Part shown: in pieces, positions 1-8,334 of the stretch | Numbering within the stretch: the first letter of the stretch is position 1 | Layout of the letters: each line of letters begins with the position of its first letter | Assembly (NCBI GenBank): GCA_029260965.1 | Contig: JAJDCG010000001.1 | Span: 89,221-153,220 of the forward strand | From: Candidatus Levyibacteriota bacterium | GTDB lineage: Bacteria; Patescibacteriota; Microgenomatia; Levybacterales; UBA12049 | Direction of reading: 5' to 3' | Length of the DNA: 64,000 nucleotides | Notes under the pieces: generated by a model | Told to the model about the DNA's origin: nothing | Database searches by the model: none | Seen by the model: only the letters and a program-made list of their open reading frames with translations | Program-made: the position numbers and the translations under genes

Positions 1-55
1 GAAAAAAGTAAAACTAGACAGAAAAACAAAATTAAAAATTACACCTCGTTCAGGT

Positions 56-1873
56 ATGCTTTTTATAATTTTTATGGTATTTGTACCTGTTTTCGTATTG
101 ATTTTTGCAATGTTGATTGGCTTTTTTTCAGTAAATATGTCTGCAAAAGTGGGAGAACGAGCCAAATTTCAACTGGCAGAGAATTATGCAGCAACAGCTA
201 GAAGTGCATTTTTAGTATCAGAAGAATTGACAAAAAATTATTTTCTTTTTTATCTACTCGGTTCTGAAAAAAATAGGCTGATTGAAAATCTAACTATTGC
301 TCGTGAGGTTGCTGAGACCGAAGAAGAACTTTTTGCAGCTGCACATAATTTGACTAGGATTTATGCTGGTAAAAGTAAGGAGCCAAAAAAAGATTTTTAT
401 AAAAGTATTACAACTGTTCGAAACTCTCTCTTGAATTTGCAAAAAATAAAAGCAGAGGATAGACTTCCTGGGAACCTGAAAACAAAAATACAGGAGCTTT
501 CATATATGACTTCATTGGTGGGAAATCTTGTTGATACACTACCTATACTTCTGGGTTTCGAAGGTGAAAAAACATACCTTGTTATTTTTCAAAACAACAT
601 GGAAATAAGACCTACGGGTGGATTTATCGGATCATATGCGATTTTATCATTGAATCAAGGCAGGGTGGGCAAGTTTGAAATAATGGATGTTTATGATGCT
701 GATGGCAAGTTGACTACTCATGTGGAGCCACCAATGGAGCTGAGGAGGTATTTGGGATCATCTCATCTCTTTCTAAGAGACAGCAATTATAGCGTTTCAT
801 TTGATTCAAACGCCAGAGCTGCATCTGATCTTTTAGAAAAATCTATTGGAGTCAAGACTGATGGTGTAATTGCGCTGGATACTAATTTTATAAAAGAAAT
901 GTTAAGTGTTTTGGAGGGTGTTGAGGTCCCCGAATATAAAGAAAGCGTTACAGCAGACAATTTTTATCTTCTGACACAAAATCATGCAGAGCGCGATTTT
1001 TTCCCAGGATCTACCCAAAAAAAGGATTTTCTTCGTGCTCTTTCAAGAGCTATTCTTAATGATTTATCCTTGAGAGAAGACCTGCCGTACATAGCGCTGA
1101 TGAATGCTGTCGGTAAGTCTATAAAGGAGAAGCACCTTATGCTTGCAGTGAAAAACGAGTCAATACAGGATGTTTTAAGTGTCAATGAGATGTCCTCATC
1201 TCTAAATGACACCAGGGAAGGAGAAGGAAATATTTTTCTCGACTACTTAGGTGTTGTTGATTCAAATCTTGGACAAAACAAGGTAAATTATTATATAAAA
1301 CGAAAATTTTTGCAGAACTCTGTTCTTGATCAGTCGGGAAATATCAGAACAACTGTTGAGGTGGTCTATGCTAATACAAGTGAAAAGCAAAGCGCATACG
1401 GAGGTGAGTACAAAAACTATGTGCGTTTTTTAATTCCTGTAAATGCATTACTTACCAATATATCGATTGACGATCAAGTTGTCTTGACAACAGTTGCGAT
1501 TACAGACCCGTCTGTTTACACAGCAGAGGCTTTTGTACCACCAGCAGGACTTGAGATCGCAACAAGCATAGTATCTGAAAAAAAAGAAATTGGATTTTTT
1601 GTTACTATTCCTCCCAAATCATCAAAGAAGGTTTCAGTTACATATCTGATTACAGGGGGTGTAAATACAAATAATTCTCAATTTTCCTATGCAACAAGAA
1701 TTTATAAACAGCCAGGTACAGATCAGGATTCGTACAAGTTATTATTTTCATATCCTCCAGATTTTAGGTTAGTTGATCCTGGGGAGGGTATGGTTGATCT
1801 TGGAGGAAAAGTTACTTTTGAGACAAGCCTTACAGAAAATCGCGATATTCAGATTAATTTTGCCCAGAAGTAA
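56..1873 (+). CDS. DUF4012-domain membrane-anchored protein
   Basis: 605-aa ORF. It has an N-terminal TM helix and the motif NNMEIRPTGGFIGSY (N..E.RP.GG..G) typical of the DUF4012 family, which is common in CPR genomes. Confidence 0.6.
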   Translation: MLFIIFMVFVPVFVLIFAMLIGFFSVNMSAKVGERAKFQLAENYAATARSAFLVSEELTKNYFLFYLLGSEKNRLIENLTIAREVAETEEELFAAAHNLTRIYAGKSKEPKKDFYKSITTVRNSLLNLQKIKAEDRLPGNLKTKIQELSYMTSLVGNLVDTLPILLGFEGEKTYLVIFQNNMEIRPTGGFIGSYAILSLNQGRVGKFEIMDVYDADGKLTTHVEPPMELRRYLGSSHLFLRDSNYSVSFDSNARAASDLLEKSIGVKTDGVIALDTNFIKEMLSVLEGVEVPEYKESVTADNFYLLTQNHAERDFFPGSTQKKDFLRALSRAILNDLSLREDLPYIALMNAVGKSIKEKHLMLAVKNESIQDVLSVNEMSSSLNDTREGEGNIFLDYLGVVDSNLGQNKVNYYIKRKFLQNSVLDQSGNIRTTVEVVYANTSEKQSAYGGEYKNYVRFLIPVNALLTNISIDDQVVLTTVAITDPSVYTAEAFVPPAGLEIATSIVSEKKEIGFFVTIPPKSSKKVSVTYLITGGVNTNNSQFSYATRIYKQPGTDQDSYKLLFSYPPDFRLVDPGEGMVDLGGKVTFETSLTENRDIQINFAQK

Positions 1874-1875
1874 TA

Positions 1876-2862
1876 TTATTGGTTTTTGAGAGCCTCGCTG
1901 TGTTCTTTTTCAAATTGTTTACTACCAACATCTTTGGTTTGAGATTTAATCGCGTGGATTTTATCCAGTTGATAGACAAGATAACCACCAAGCACCATCA
2001 GGAGGATGGCAGAGAAAAAGTTGAGGTCAATACTTGGTGGTAAGGTGTTTTTTACAATTATTGGTACGATGTTTCCATGGTTGTCAATTTCGGTTTTTAA
2101 GACATCCTGCCATGGCCAAATTTTTCTAATTGAACCGAGCATAAAGCCTGAAAGTATAGCAATAGATATGTCGTGATGGTTTTTAAAAAGCCAGGATAGC
2201 ACTCTTGCGAAAAGCGATATTCCAACGATTGTACCGAGAAAAAAAACACCGAGTGTTAAAAAGTCTTTTCCTGTTACAGCGTATAATACCTGTTGGTATT
2301 TACCTAGAAGAAGAAGAATAAAAGAACCTGAAATTCCAGGAAGAATCATGGCTGTGATGGCTATCATTCCACTTAGGAAAAAAAATGGTAGGGTAGCTGG
2401 TGTTTGACCTGGTACAAGACCTACGATAAGATAGGCAAATACAGCTGATAGAATAAAGCTAATTTTGTCTGATGGATCCCACTTAATAATTCTTTTAAGC
2501 ACTACGAAGACTGAAACAAGAACTAATCCAAAAAAGAATGACCAGATATATACTGGGTACTCAGTGAGGAGAAGTGACAATATGTTTGACAGAGTTAGAA
2601 TAGCTATTAAGAGACCCGTTCCCAAGGGTATTAAGAACTTGAATGGTGTTAGTTTTAGAGCCTCTATTACTTTGCCACGCAGCAGGAGTCTGACTACGTC
2701 GCCTGTGACTGTTTTGATAGAGTAAAGAAGCTCTTCGTAAATTCCTGCCAGAAAAGCAATTGTTCCGCCTGAAACGCCTGGGATCAGGTCTGCTGTTCCC
2801 ATACCAAGTCCTGTTAAAAAAAGCCTAAAGCGATCTTTGAAAGCTTTGGGGAGTTTTATCAT
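1876..2862 (-). CDS. DUF368 family membrane protein (putative undecaprenyl-phosphate transporter)
   Basis: It is polytopic and carries two internal repeats, LIPGVSGGTIAFLAG and ILPGISGSFILLLLG (PG.SRSG.T-like), as in DUF368. Confidence 0.6.
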   Translation of the reverse strand: MIKLPKAFKDRFRLFLTGLGMGTADLIPGVSGGTIAFLAGIYEELLYSIKTVTGDVVRLLLRGKVIEALKLTPFKFLIPLGTGLLIAILTLSNILSLLLTEYPVYIWSFFFGLVLVSVFVVLKRIIKWDPSDKISFILSAVFAYLIVGLVPGQTPATLPFFFLSGMIAITAMILPGISGSFILLLLGKYQQVLYAVTGKDFLTLGVFFLGTIVGISLFARVLSWLFKNHHDISIAILSGFMLGSIRKIWPWQDVLKTEIDNHGNIVPIIVKNTLPPSIDLNFFSAILLMVLGGYLVYQLDKIHAIKSQTKDVGSKQFEKEHSEALKNQ

Positions 2863-2883
2863 AAAAGTAATTATAGCAGAAAA

Positions 2884-4053
2884 CTATTGTGAGCTTAGTG
2901 CCTGAATGCCAGGGAGGGTGCCGTTTTCAATGTAGAAAAGCATTGCTCCTCCTCCAGTTGAGATATGGGTTATTTTATCTAGATATTCCTTTTTGGAGAT
3001 AGCAGCCAGAGTATCACCTCCTCCAATTACAGACATTGCTTTCTCGTTTTCTGCAATTGAATAGTAGAGAAAGTCTGTTCCTCTTTTGAAAACTGGATTT
3101 TCCATGTAGCCAACTGGTCCGTTCCAGATAATGGTGCCTGCCTGATCTATAATTTTTCCAAACTCTGCTTCCGTCTCAGGACCGATATCTAGTACTTGGT
3201 TATGTGGTTCTATTTCTTCGATTTTTTTAACCTCGCTGGTTTTTCCATTTTTGTCATTTGCAATAATCGCATCTTTAGGTAATTCAAAACGAGTTTTTTC
3301 TTCGCGTGCCAAAGATAATATTTCTTTTGCGGTTTTTATATCCTGTTCTTCAATTGGCCCATTGTCAAAACTGTGCCCCTCGGCAACCAGGAAAGCGTTA
3401 GCAAGACCTCCTCCAAGAAGAAGGTAGTCAGCAACAGTTACAAGCTTGTTTATAAATTTTATCTTGGTTCTTATTTTTTTCCCTCCGATGATTGCAACAA
3501 ACGGTTTCTTGGGATTTTTCATTACCCGATCAAGGATAGTAATTTCTTTTTTCATGAGTAAGCCTCCGTATGAAGGAAGATGTTTGGGAATTCCAACAAC
3601 TGATGCGTGCTCACGGTGACTGACACCAAAGGCATCGTTTACATAGACATCACCAAGTGTTGACAGTTCTTTGGCAAATTCAGGATCGTTTTTGGTTTCG
3701 CCTGGATAAAACCTGATGTTCTCAAGGAGTACAATGTCGTGATTATTTTTTGTTAGTCCTTCTGGGTTTTTCAAAAAATCTTTTACAAAGACTATTTTCT
3801 TATCAGGAAGGTACTCTGCAAGCCTGTTCTTGACTCTTATGAGAGAGTCATCAGAATTTCTTTTTTCAGGTTCAGATAGATGTGCAATAATCACGAGCTT
3901 GTTGTGGTTTTTGAGAAGGTATTTGATAGTAGGAAGAGATTGTTTAATTCTCTGATCATCTGCAATTGAGAGGTTAGGGTTAAGCGAGACATTAAAGTCC
4001 ACCCTTAGAAGAACAGTTTTATTTTTTATTTCAACTTCATCAACAAATTTCAT
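2884..4053 (-). CDS. pgk: phosphoglycerate kinase
   Basis: 389 aa. The N-terminus MKFVDEVEIKNKTVLLRVDFNV and an overall length and fold pattern typical of PGK. Confidence 0.85.
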   Translation of the reverse strand: MKFVDEVEIKNKTVLLRVDFNVSLNPNLSIADDQRIKQSLPTIKYLLKNHNKLVIIAHLSEPEKRNSDDSLIRVKNRLAEYLPDKKIVFVKDFLKNPEGLTKNNHDIVLLENIRFYPGETKNDPEFAKELSTLGDVYVNDAFGVSHREHASVVGIPKHLPSYGGLLMKKEITILDRVMKNPKKPFVAIIGGKKIRTKIKFINKLVTVADYLLLGGGLANAFLVAEGHSFDNGPIEEQDIKTAKEILSLAREEKTRFELPKDAIIANDKNGKTSEVKKIEEIEPHNQVLDIGPETEAEFGKIIDQAGTIIWNGPVGYMENPVFKRGTDFLYYSIAENEKAMSVIGGGDTLAAISKKEYLDKITHISTGGGAMLFYIENGTLPGIQALSSQ

Positions 4054-4115
4054 GGGGTGTGACTTGAGTATAACACAGAGTTTTGAAATAATTTAAATTA
4101 AGTTAATATAAGATT

Positions 4116-4832
4116 GTGAATCAGAACGGAAAGTTGCTACAGCTAAAAAAAGAAATAAAATCTTTTGGGAGTGCTGAGAAGGCGGAGTTTGCCAAGAGAT
4201 TTTTTAAATCAGGCAAGGGCGAGTATGGCGAGGGTGATATATTCCTCGGGCTTACCGTTCCCGAGCAGAGAAAGATCGCATCAGGTTATACTGATCTGAG
4301 TCTACCTGACCTGCAAAAGCTTCTAGATGATAGGATTCATGAGTACCGATTTGTTGCGCTGGTGATCCTAATGCACAAATATAAAAAAGCTGATAAAGAG
4401 GGCAAGAAAGAAATCTTTGATTTTTATATAAAGAATACATTGCAAGTGAATAATTGGGATTTGGTTGATGTTTCAGCACCTGGTATAGTTGGAGATTATT
4501 TATCTGACAAAGATAAAAAAATTCTTTATAGACTTGCTCGATCAAAAAATCACTGGGAAAGGAGAATTGCTATAGTCGCTACTTTCGCCTTTATCCGCAA
4601 AAATGAATTTGGGAATACTCTCGCGATTGCAGAGATATTGCTGAGTGATATGCATGATCTCATCCACAAAGCTGTTGGCTGGATGCTGCGGGAGGTTGGG
4701 ATAAGAGACGTTGGAGCACTCTACAAGTTTTTGGATAAGCATTGTAAAGTCATGCCTCGCACTACGCTCCGCTACTCGCTTGAGAAATTTGAAAAAAAGA
4801 AAAAAGAATTTTATATGGGGGGGAAAGGTTGA
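4116..4832 (+). CDS. DNA alkylation repair protein (AlkD/AlkC-like HEAT-repeat glycosylase family)
   Basis: 238 aa with an FAKRFFKSGKGEYGEGDIFLG...NNWDLVD...GWMLREVG pattern, as in the DNA_alkylation family. Confidence 0.6.
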   Translation: MNQNGKLLQLKKEIKSFGSAEKAEFAKRFFKSGKGEYGEGDIFLGLTVPEQRKIASGYTDLSLPDLQKLLDDRIHEYRFVALVILMHKYKKADKEGKKEIFDFYIKNTLQVNNWDLVDVSAPGIVGDYLSDKDKKILYRLARSKNHWERRIAIVATFAFIRKNEFGNTLAIAEILLSDMHDLIHKAVGWMLREVGIRDVGALYKFLDKHCKVMPRTTLRYSLEKFEKKKKEFYMGGKG

Positions 4833-4854
4833 ATTTTTATAGTATAATTAAATT

Positions 4855-5343
4855 ATGAACCTTGGAAAGATTGATTTTAAAAAGGATATTGAAGCAGTAC
4901 ATTTGGTTATTGCAAAAGCTTTTTCAGATACCCCAGACATGAATTTGGATATATGGTTTTCTTTTTCAGAAATGAGTAAAATTATTTTAGAAGGTAGAGG
5001 AGTTTGCTTAAAAGCTATTTCTGAAAATAAGATTGTAGGTATGATTTTTGCCAAGCAGGAGAGTCCCGTAAACGGAAAAGAAGGATTAGAGAAATGGGTA
5101 ATTGTTGTGATAGCAGTAGATCCAGATATGGCCGATAAGGGTGTTGGTTCGCTTTTACTAGCTGAGGTTGAAAAAGAGGCTCAGGATATGGGTGCTTTAA
5201 AGATGTTTGTTTATACCAATTTTGATGACGAACGAGTGATCCATTTTTATAAGAAGAATAATTATCAAGATGCTGGATATATAAAGGATTATCAATACGG
5301 TAAAGATAATTCTGCTGTCTTTCTTCTTAAATATTTAAAATAG
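4855..5343 (+). CDS. GNAT family N-acetyltransferase
   Basis: The acetyl-CoA binding region VGSLLLAEVEKEAQDMGA..VYTNFDDERVIHFYKKNNY. Confidence 0.6.
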   Translation: MNLGKIDFKKDIEAVHLVIAKAFSDTPDMNLDIWFSFSEMSKIILEGRGVCLKAISENKIVGMIFAKQESPVNGKEGLEKWVIVVIAVDPDMADKGVGSLLLAEVEKEAQDMGALKMFVYTNFDDERVIHFYKKNNYQDAGYIKDYQYGKDNSAVFLLKYLK

Positions 5344-5440
5344 TGAATCTTACCACAAAGAAGATTCGATTTTGATTTTGTCAGATTTCTAAAATGATTT
5401 CTATTATATCTTAAGAAAATGACCAGAGATAATTAGCCTA

Positions 5441-6358
5441 CTACCTTGCTAGGTTTGATCTTAATTGATCGAAGATTTGTGGTATACTTTGCAATCTTTC
5501 TTCAACTATATTTTTCTCCGCGCAAGCTGTCTCCAGCGCGATCCTGTCATCTGCAGAAAGAACAGTCACAGTAGTTGTTTTTGAGAACATAATAGCTGAT
5601 TCATTTTCCATGTGTGGTATACCAATGGCGTGGCCAAATTCGTGTGCGAGGGTGTGCACTAGTTCTTCCCGGGAGGTGTCAAAGTAAATATTGATAGTTT
5701 CTTTACCTCCAGAGTACACATATTCTCCTTGTTCAGGTTTATATTTAAGCTCCTCGTTAAAATTTCTTATTGTTTGATTAAGCTCTCCCACCTGCTGGTT
5801 ATAGATATCAGTTGATTGATTAAGAGATGCTGCCTCAGATTTTAAGGATTCTGCCTCGGATTGTACTGACTTTTGTCTCTGGATTAAACTCTCATATTCA
5901 TCAGGTGGTGCGCCTCCTCTCTCATTCCAGTACTGTATATCTTCATTTAACTTTTTAACTATTATCTGAAATTCCTGCGCGCGCCTGTTGTAGTCTGCGA
6001 TTTTGGTATCCAGCTCGCCTTGCTCTGATTTTACCTGAGTATCCAGTTCGTTGATCTGACTGTTGAGAAATTGTCTTTGATCATAGACCAGATTTATCTC
6101 AATATCACCTTGGGGATCGTATTCAAATAATGTTGACGGATACTCAGAATTCCAAATTTGGGCTGCTTCATCAACATAAGAAAGGAATTGGGATTCAGAC
6201 ATATTATAGCGGTTATCAATTGATCCTATTTTGTATGTTTTTGGATTTTTACAGGATGATTGATAGACTAGATCGCGCGCAGCGTTTGAAATATATGGCG
6301 TGCTGAAAGCTCCAAAGCTCAAGGTGAGAATTGCTATAAAAATCAATATTTTTTTCAT
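5441..6358 (-). CDS. secreted zinc metalloprotease (matrixin/metzincin-like) with coiled-coil region
   Basis: It has an N-terminal signal peptide. The central region is heptad- and charge-rich. The C-terminal motif HEFGHAIGIPH matches HExxHxxGxxH. Confidence 0.55.
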   Translation of the reverse strand: MKKILIFIAILTLSFGAFSTPYISNAARDLVYQSSCKNPKTYKIGSIDNRYNMSESQFLSYVDEAAQIWNSEYPSTLFEYDPQGDIEINLVYDQRQFLNSQINELDTQVKSEQGELDTKIADYNRRAQEFQIIVKKLNEDIQYWNERGGAPPDEYESLIQRQKSVQSEAESLKSEAASLNQSTDIYNQQVGELNQTIRNFNEELKYKPEQGEYVYSGGKETINIYFDTSREELVHTLAHEFGHAIGIPHMENESAIMFSKTTTVTVLSADDRIALETACAEKNIVEERLQSIPQIFDQLRSNLAR

Positions 6359-6361
6359 AGG

Positions 6362-6916
6362 TTATCTTAAATTTTTACCTGCCCAGCCAATTTTTTTATT
6401 TTTTTTAGTTTTTTCAATAAAGTTATTTAGTCTTTTTATGAAATCATCTGGTCTGGATCGGGCAGCTTCAATAAATCCTAGTCTAATATTTTGATATGAT
6501 TTTGGAAAGTTTTGAAAATTTGTCCAAACAAGTTCGTCTTTTTTAAGCTCTTTGAGTATATCAGGTGATATCCCTTGTTCTTTTATAGGTGTGTAGTATT
6601 TTAGGCCTGCTGGGGTCATCAAATTCTCTCTAATGAGCTTCTTCATCCGTTCTATATTAAGTACAGACCAGTTGCTTTTTGCACGCCTGATAGAAAATCG
6701 TTGAGCATAAGTCTCATCATCAATTCCTTTGACTGTGCTGTCAATCCAGCCATAGCAAAGAGCCTCCTCTACAGCGTCATCATAAGTAATTCGAGGCTTG
6801 CCCGATGCTTTTTTATAATAAATCAGCCAGATTTCTTTTTCTTTATTATGGTTATTGGAGAGCCAAGCGCGCCAGGCTTTTCGCGTTTTAACATAAAGTG
6901 TTTTGCCAATCTGCAT
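6362..6916 (-). CDS. YdeI/OmpD-associated (DUF1801-related) family protein
   Basis: The segment LYVKTRKAWRAWL...IWLIYYKK.SGKPRITYDDAVEEALCYGWIDS resembles the YdeI family. Confidence 0.5.
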   Translation of the reverse strand: MQIGKTLYVKTRKAWRAWLSNNHNKEKEIWLIYYKKASGKPRITYDDAVEEALCYGWIDSTVKGIDDETYAQRFSIRRAKSNWSVLNIERMKKLIRENLMTPAGLKYYTPIKEQGISPDILKELKKDELVWTNFQNFPKSYQNIRLGFIEAARSRPDDFIKRLNNFIEKTKKNKKIGWAGKNLR

Positions 6917-7004
6917 TAGTTTATTTTACCCCCACATCATAAATCGGTCAATTAGGGCGAGCTAGTAGGAAGTCTGATTGTGTTTATGGTATAATCCCGT
7001 GGCA

Positions 7005-7769
7005 ATGACTGAAAGGCGGACAGGCAGAGAGGCTGAGGGGGGCAATGTAGATCTCCGGGCACAACTTAGAGAATTTGCGGGTATTCGAGATGGCAAGGAG
7101 AGGGAGGTGGCTCTGATCCGCTTGGCTAGGAATATGAGATCCGCAAACATAAAAGAGATTGATGCTTTAATTCCTCCTGAATGGGCCAAAATACAAAAAC
7201 ACCTTGAGAAGAAGGTTGACCACACACTTATAACCCTTATAAAGCTTTATGCTAGTTCAGAACCCCGACAGATTTGGACAGGAAAGGCAGCTGTTGCAGT
7301 CTTATCCCGAGAGGGAGAAGTTTTAGGCCTGACACATAGAGAACACAGTGAAGAAGAAGATGATGGACGGGTCGCTGCAATGGGAGAGGCTATCGTGAGG
7401 GCAGCAACAACCCTTCATTTTGAGCAACTGCAGAGAAGTGGAGGTTTGGCTAGTAGAGATAATTACAAAGAATTAAAGCGTATAGAAAAAAGATACGGAG
7501 TAAGGTTGTCATCAGGATCAGCGGATAATTCTATTAATTATGATAACAGATTTATATATGTCGCAGGTGCAAGCACGGGTGTAAGACCTGGGTTTTTAGA
7601 CCCCTTTTCCAAGTCTCCTATAAAGCGTAATGAGACAAAACAGGAATTTTTTGATAAAGTTTTTTCCGATAGAGTTTTGTGGCTATATGTATATCCGTTA
7701 AGAGATCATGGTCCGATCGTTTTGGGTCCATATTCAACCTCAAAAAGAAAACCTCTTGACAAAAATTAG
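7005..7769 (+). CDS. hypothetical protein (GC-richer orphan)
   Basis: An ORF in the 6978..7769 frame. The ATG at 7005 lies ~10 nt after an extended -10 (TGgTATAAT at 6987-6995). Composition is visibly GC-richer than the flanks. No recognisable domain. Confidence 0.4.
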   Translation: MTERRTGREAEGGNVDLRAQLREFAGIRDGKEREVALIRLARNMRSANIKEIDALIPPEWAKIQKHLEKKVDHTLITLIKLYASSEPRQIWTGKAAVAVLSREGEVLGLTHREHSEEEDDGRVAAMGEAIVRAATTLHFEQLQRSGGLASRDNYKELKRIEKRYGVRLSSGSADNSINYDNRFIYVAGASTGVRPGFLDPFSKSPIKRNETKQEFFDKVFSDRVLWLYVYPLRDHGPIVLGPYSTSKRKPLDKN

Positions 7770-7784
7770 CAGTCGTTGTATATT
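7756..7784 (+). promoter_or_regulatory. sigma70-type promoter of hsp20 (-35 TTGACA, 17-nt spacer, -10 TATATT)
   Basis: TTGACA at 7756-7761 and TATATT at 7779-7784. A strong SD (GGAAGGAGGTG) precedes the ATG at 7812. Confidence 0.55.
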
Positions 7785-7811
7785 AGTGCTAATAGGAAGG
7801 AGGTGAAGAAG

Positions 7812-8243
7812 ATGGCATACGATTTGATTCCAAATAGATTTTTATCATTTCCGGGAAATTCGTTATCGTCTATTTTTGATGACGATGAGTTCTTTAATTC
7901 TCCTGTAAGCCAAAATGGTCTTTCTATCTCAGAGGATGAGAAAAAAGTCTATGTAGAAGCTGCAATACCAGGTGTGAATCCTGATAATGTAGAGGTTACA
8001 TTTCATGACGGATACCTCTGGATAAGAGGTGAACAAAAAAAAGAGGAAAAAGATAAAAAGAGAAAGTTCTACAGGCAGGCTGCTACATCTTTCTCATACA
8101 GAGTCGCCGTACCAGGTGAGATAGATCAAAATACAGAGCCTGAGGCTCACTACAAGCACGGTGTGATGAAGGTGCAATTTGCTAAATCTCCCAAAGTTGA
8201 GCCCAAAAAAATTAAAGTCAACGTTGAGAAGCAAGATAAATAA
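7812..8243 (+). CDS. Hsp20/alpha-crystallin family small heat-shock protein
   Basis: An alpha-crystallin domain: VYVEAAIPGVNPDNVEVTFHDGYLWIRGE...FSYRVAVPGEIDQ...HYKHGVMKVQFAK. Confidence 0.8.
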   Translation: MAYDLIPNRFLSFPGNSLSSIFDDDEFFNSPVSQNGLSISEDEKKVYVEAAIPGVNPDNVEVTFHDGYLWIRGEQKKEEKDKKRKFYRQAATSFSYRVAVPGEIDQNTEPEAHYKHGVMKVQFAKSPKVEPKKIKVNVEKQDK

Positions 8244-8271
8244 TTGGAGTTGACAAGGTGAGTATTTAACA

Positions 8272-8300
8272 AAGCTCCGCCTCATGAGGCGGAGCTTTTT
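8272..8300 (+). terminator. Rho-independent terminator after hsp20
   Basis: A perfect hairpin, GCTCCGCCTCATGAGGCGGAGC, followed by TTTTT. Confidence 0.75.
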
Positions 8301-8334
8301 CATGATGTCTAACCCTGTGTTATAATTAGGCTCA

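Noticed and set aside
4252-4742. Two minus-strand ORFs (97 and 66 aa) inside the alkylation-repair gene
   Set aside because: They are antisense to a domain-supported plus-strand CDS. They have no motifs.
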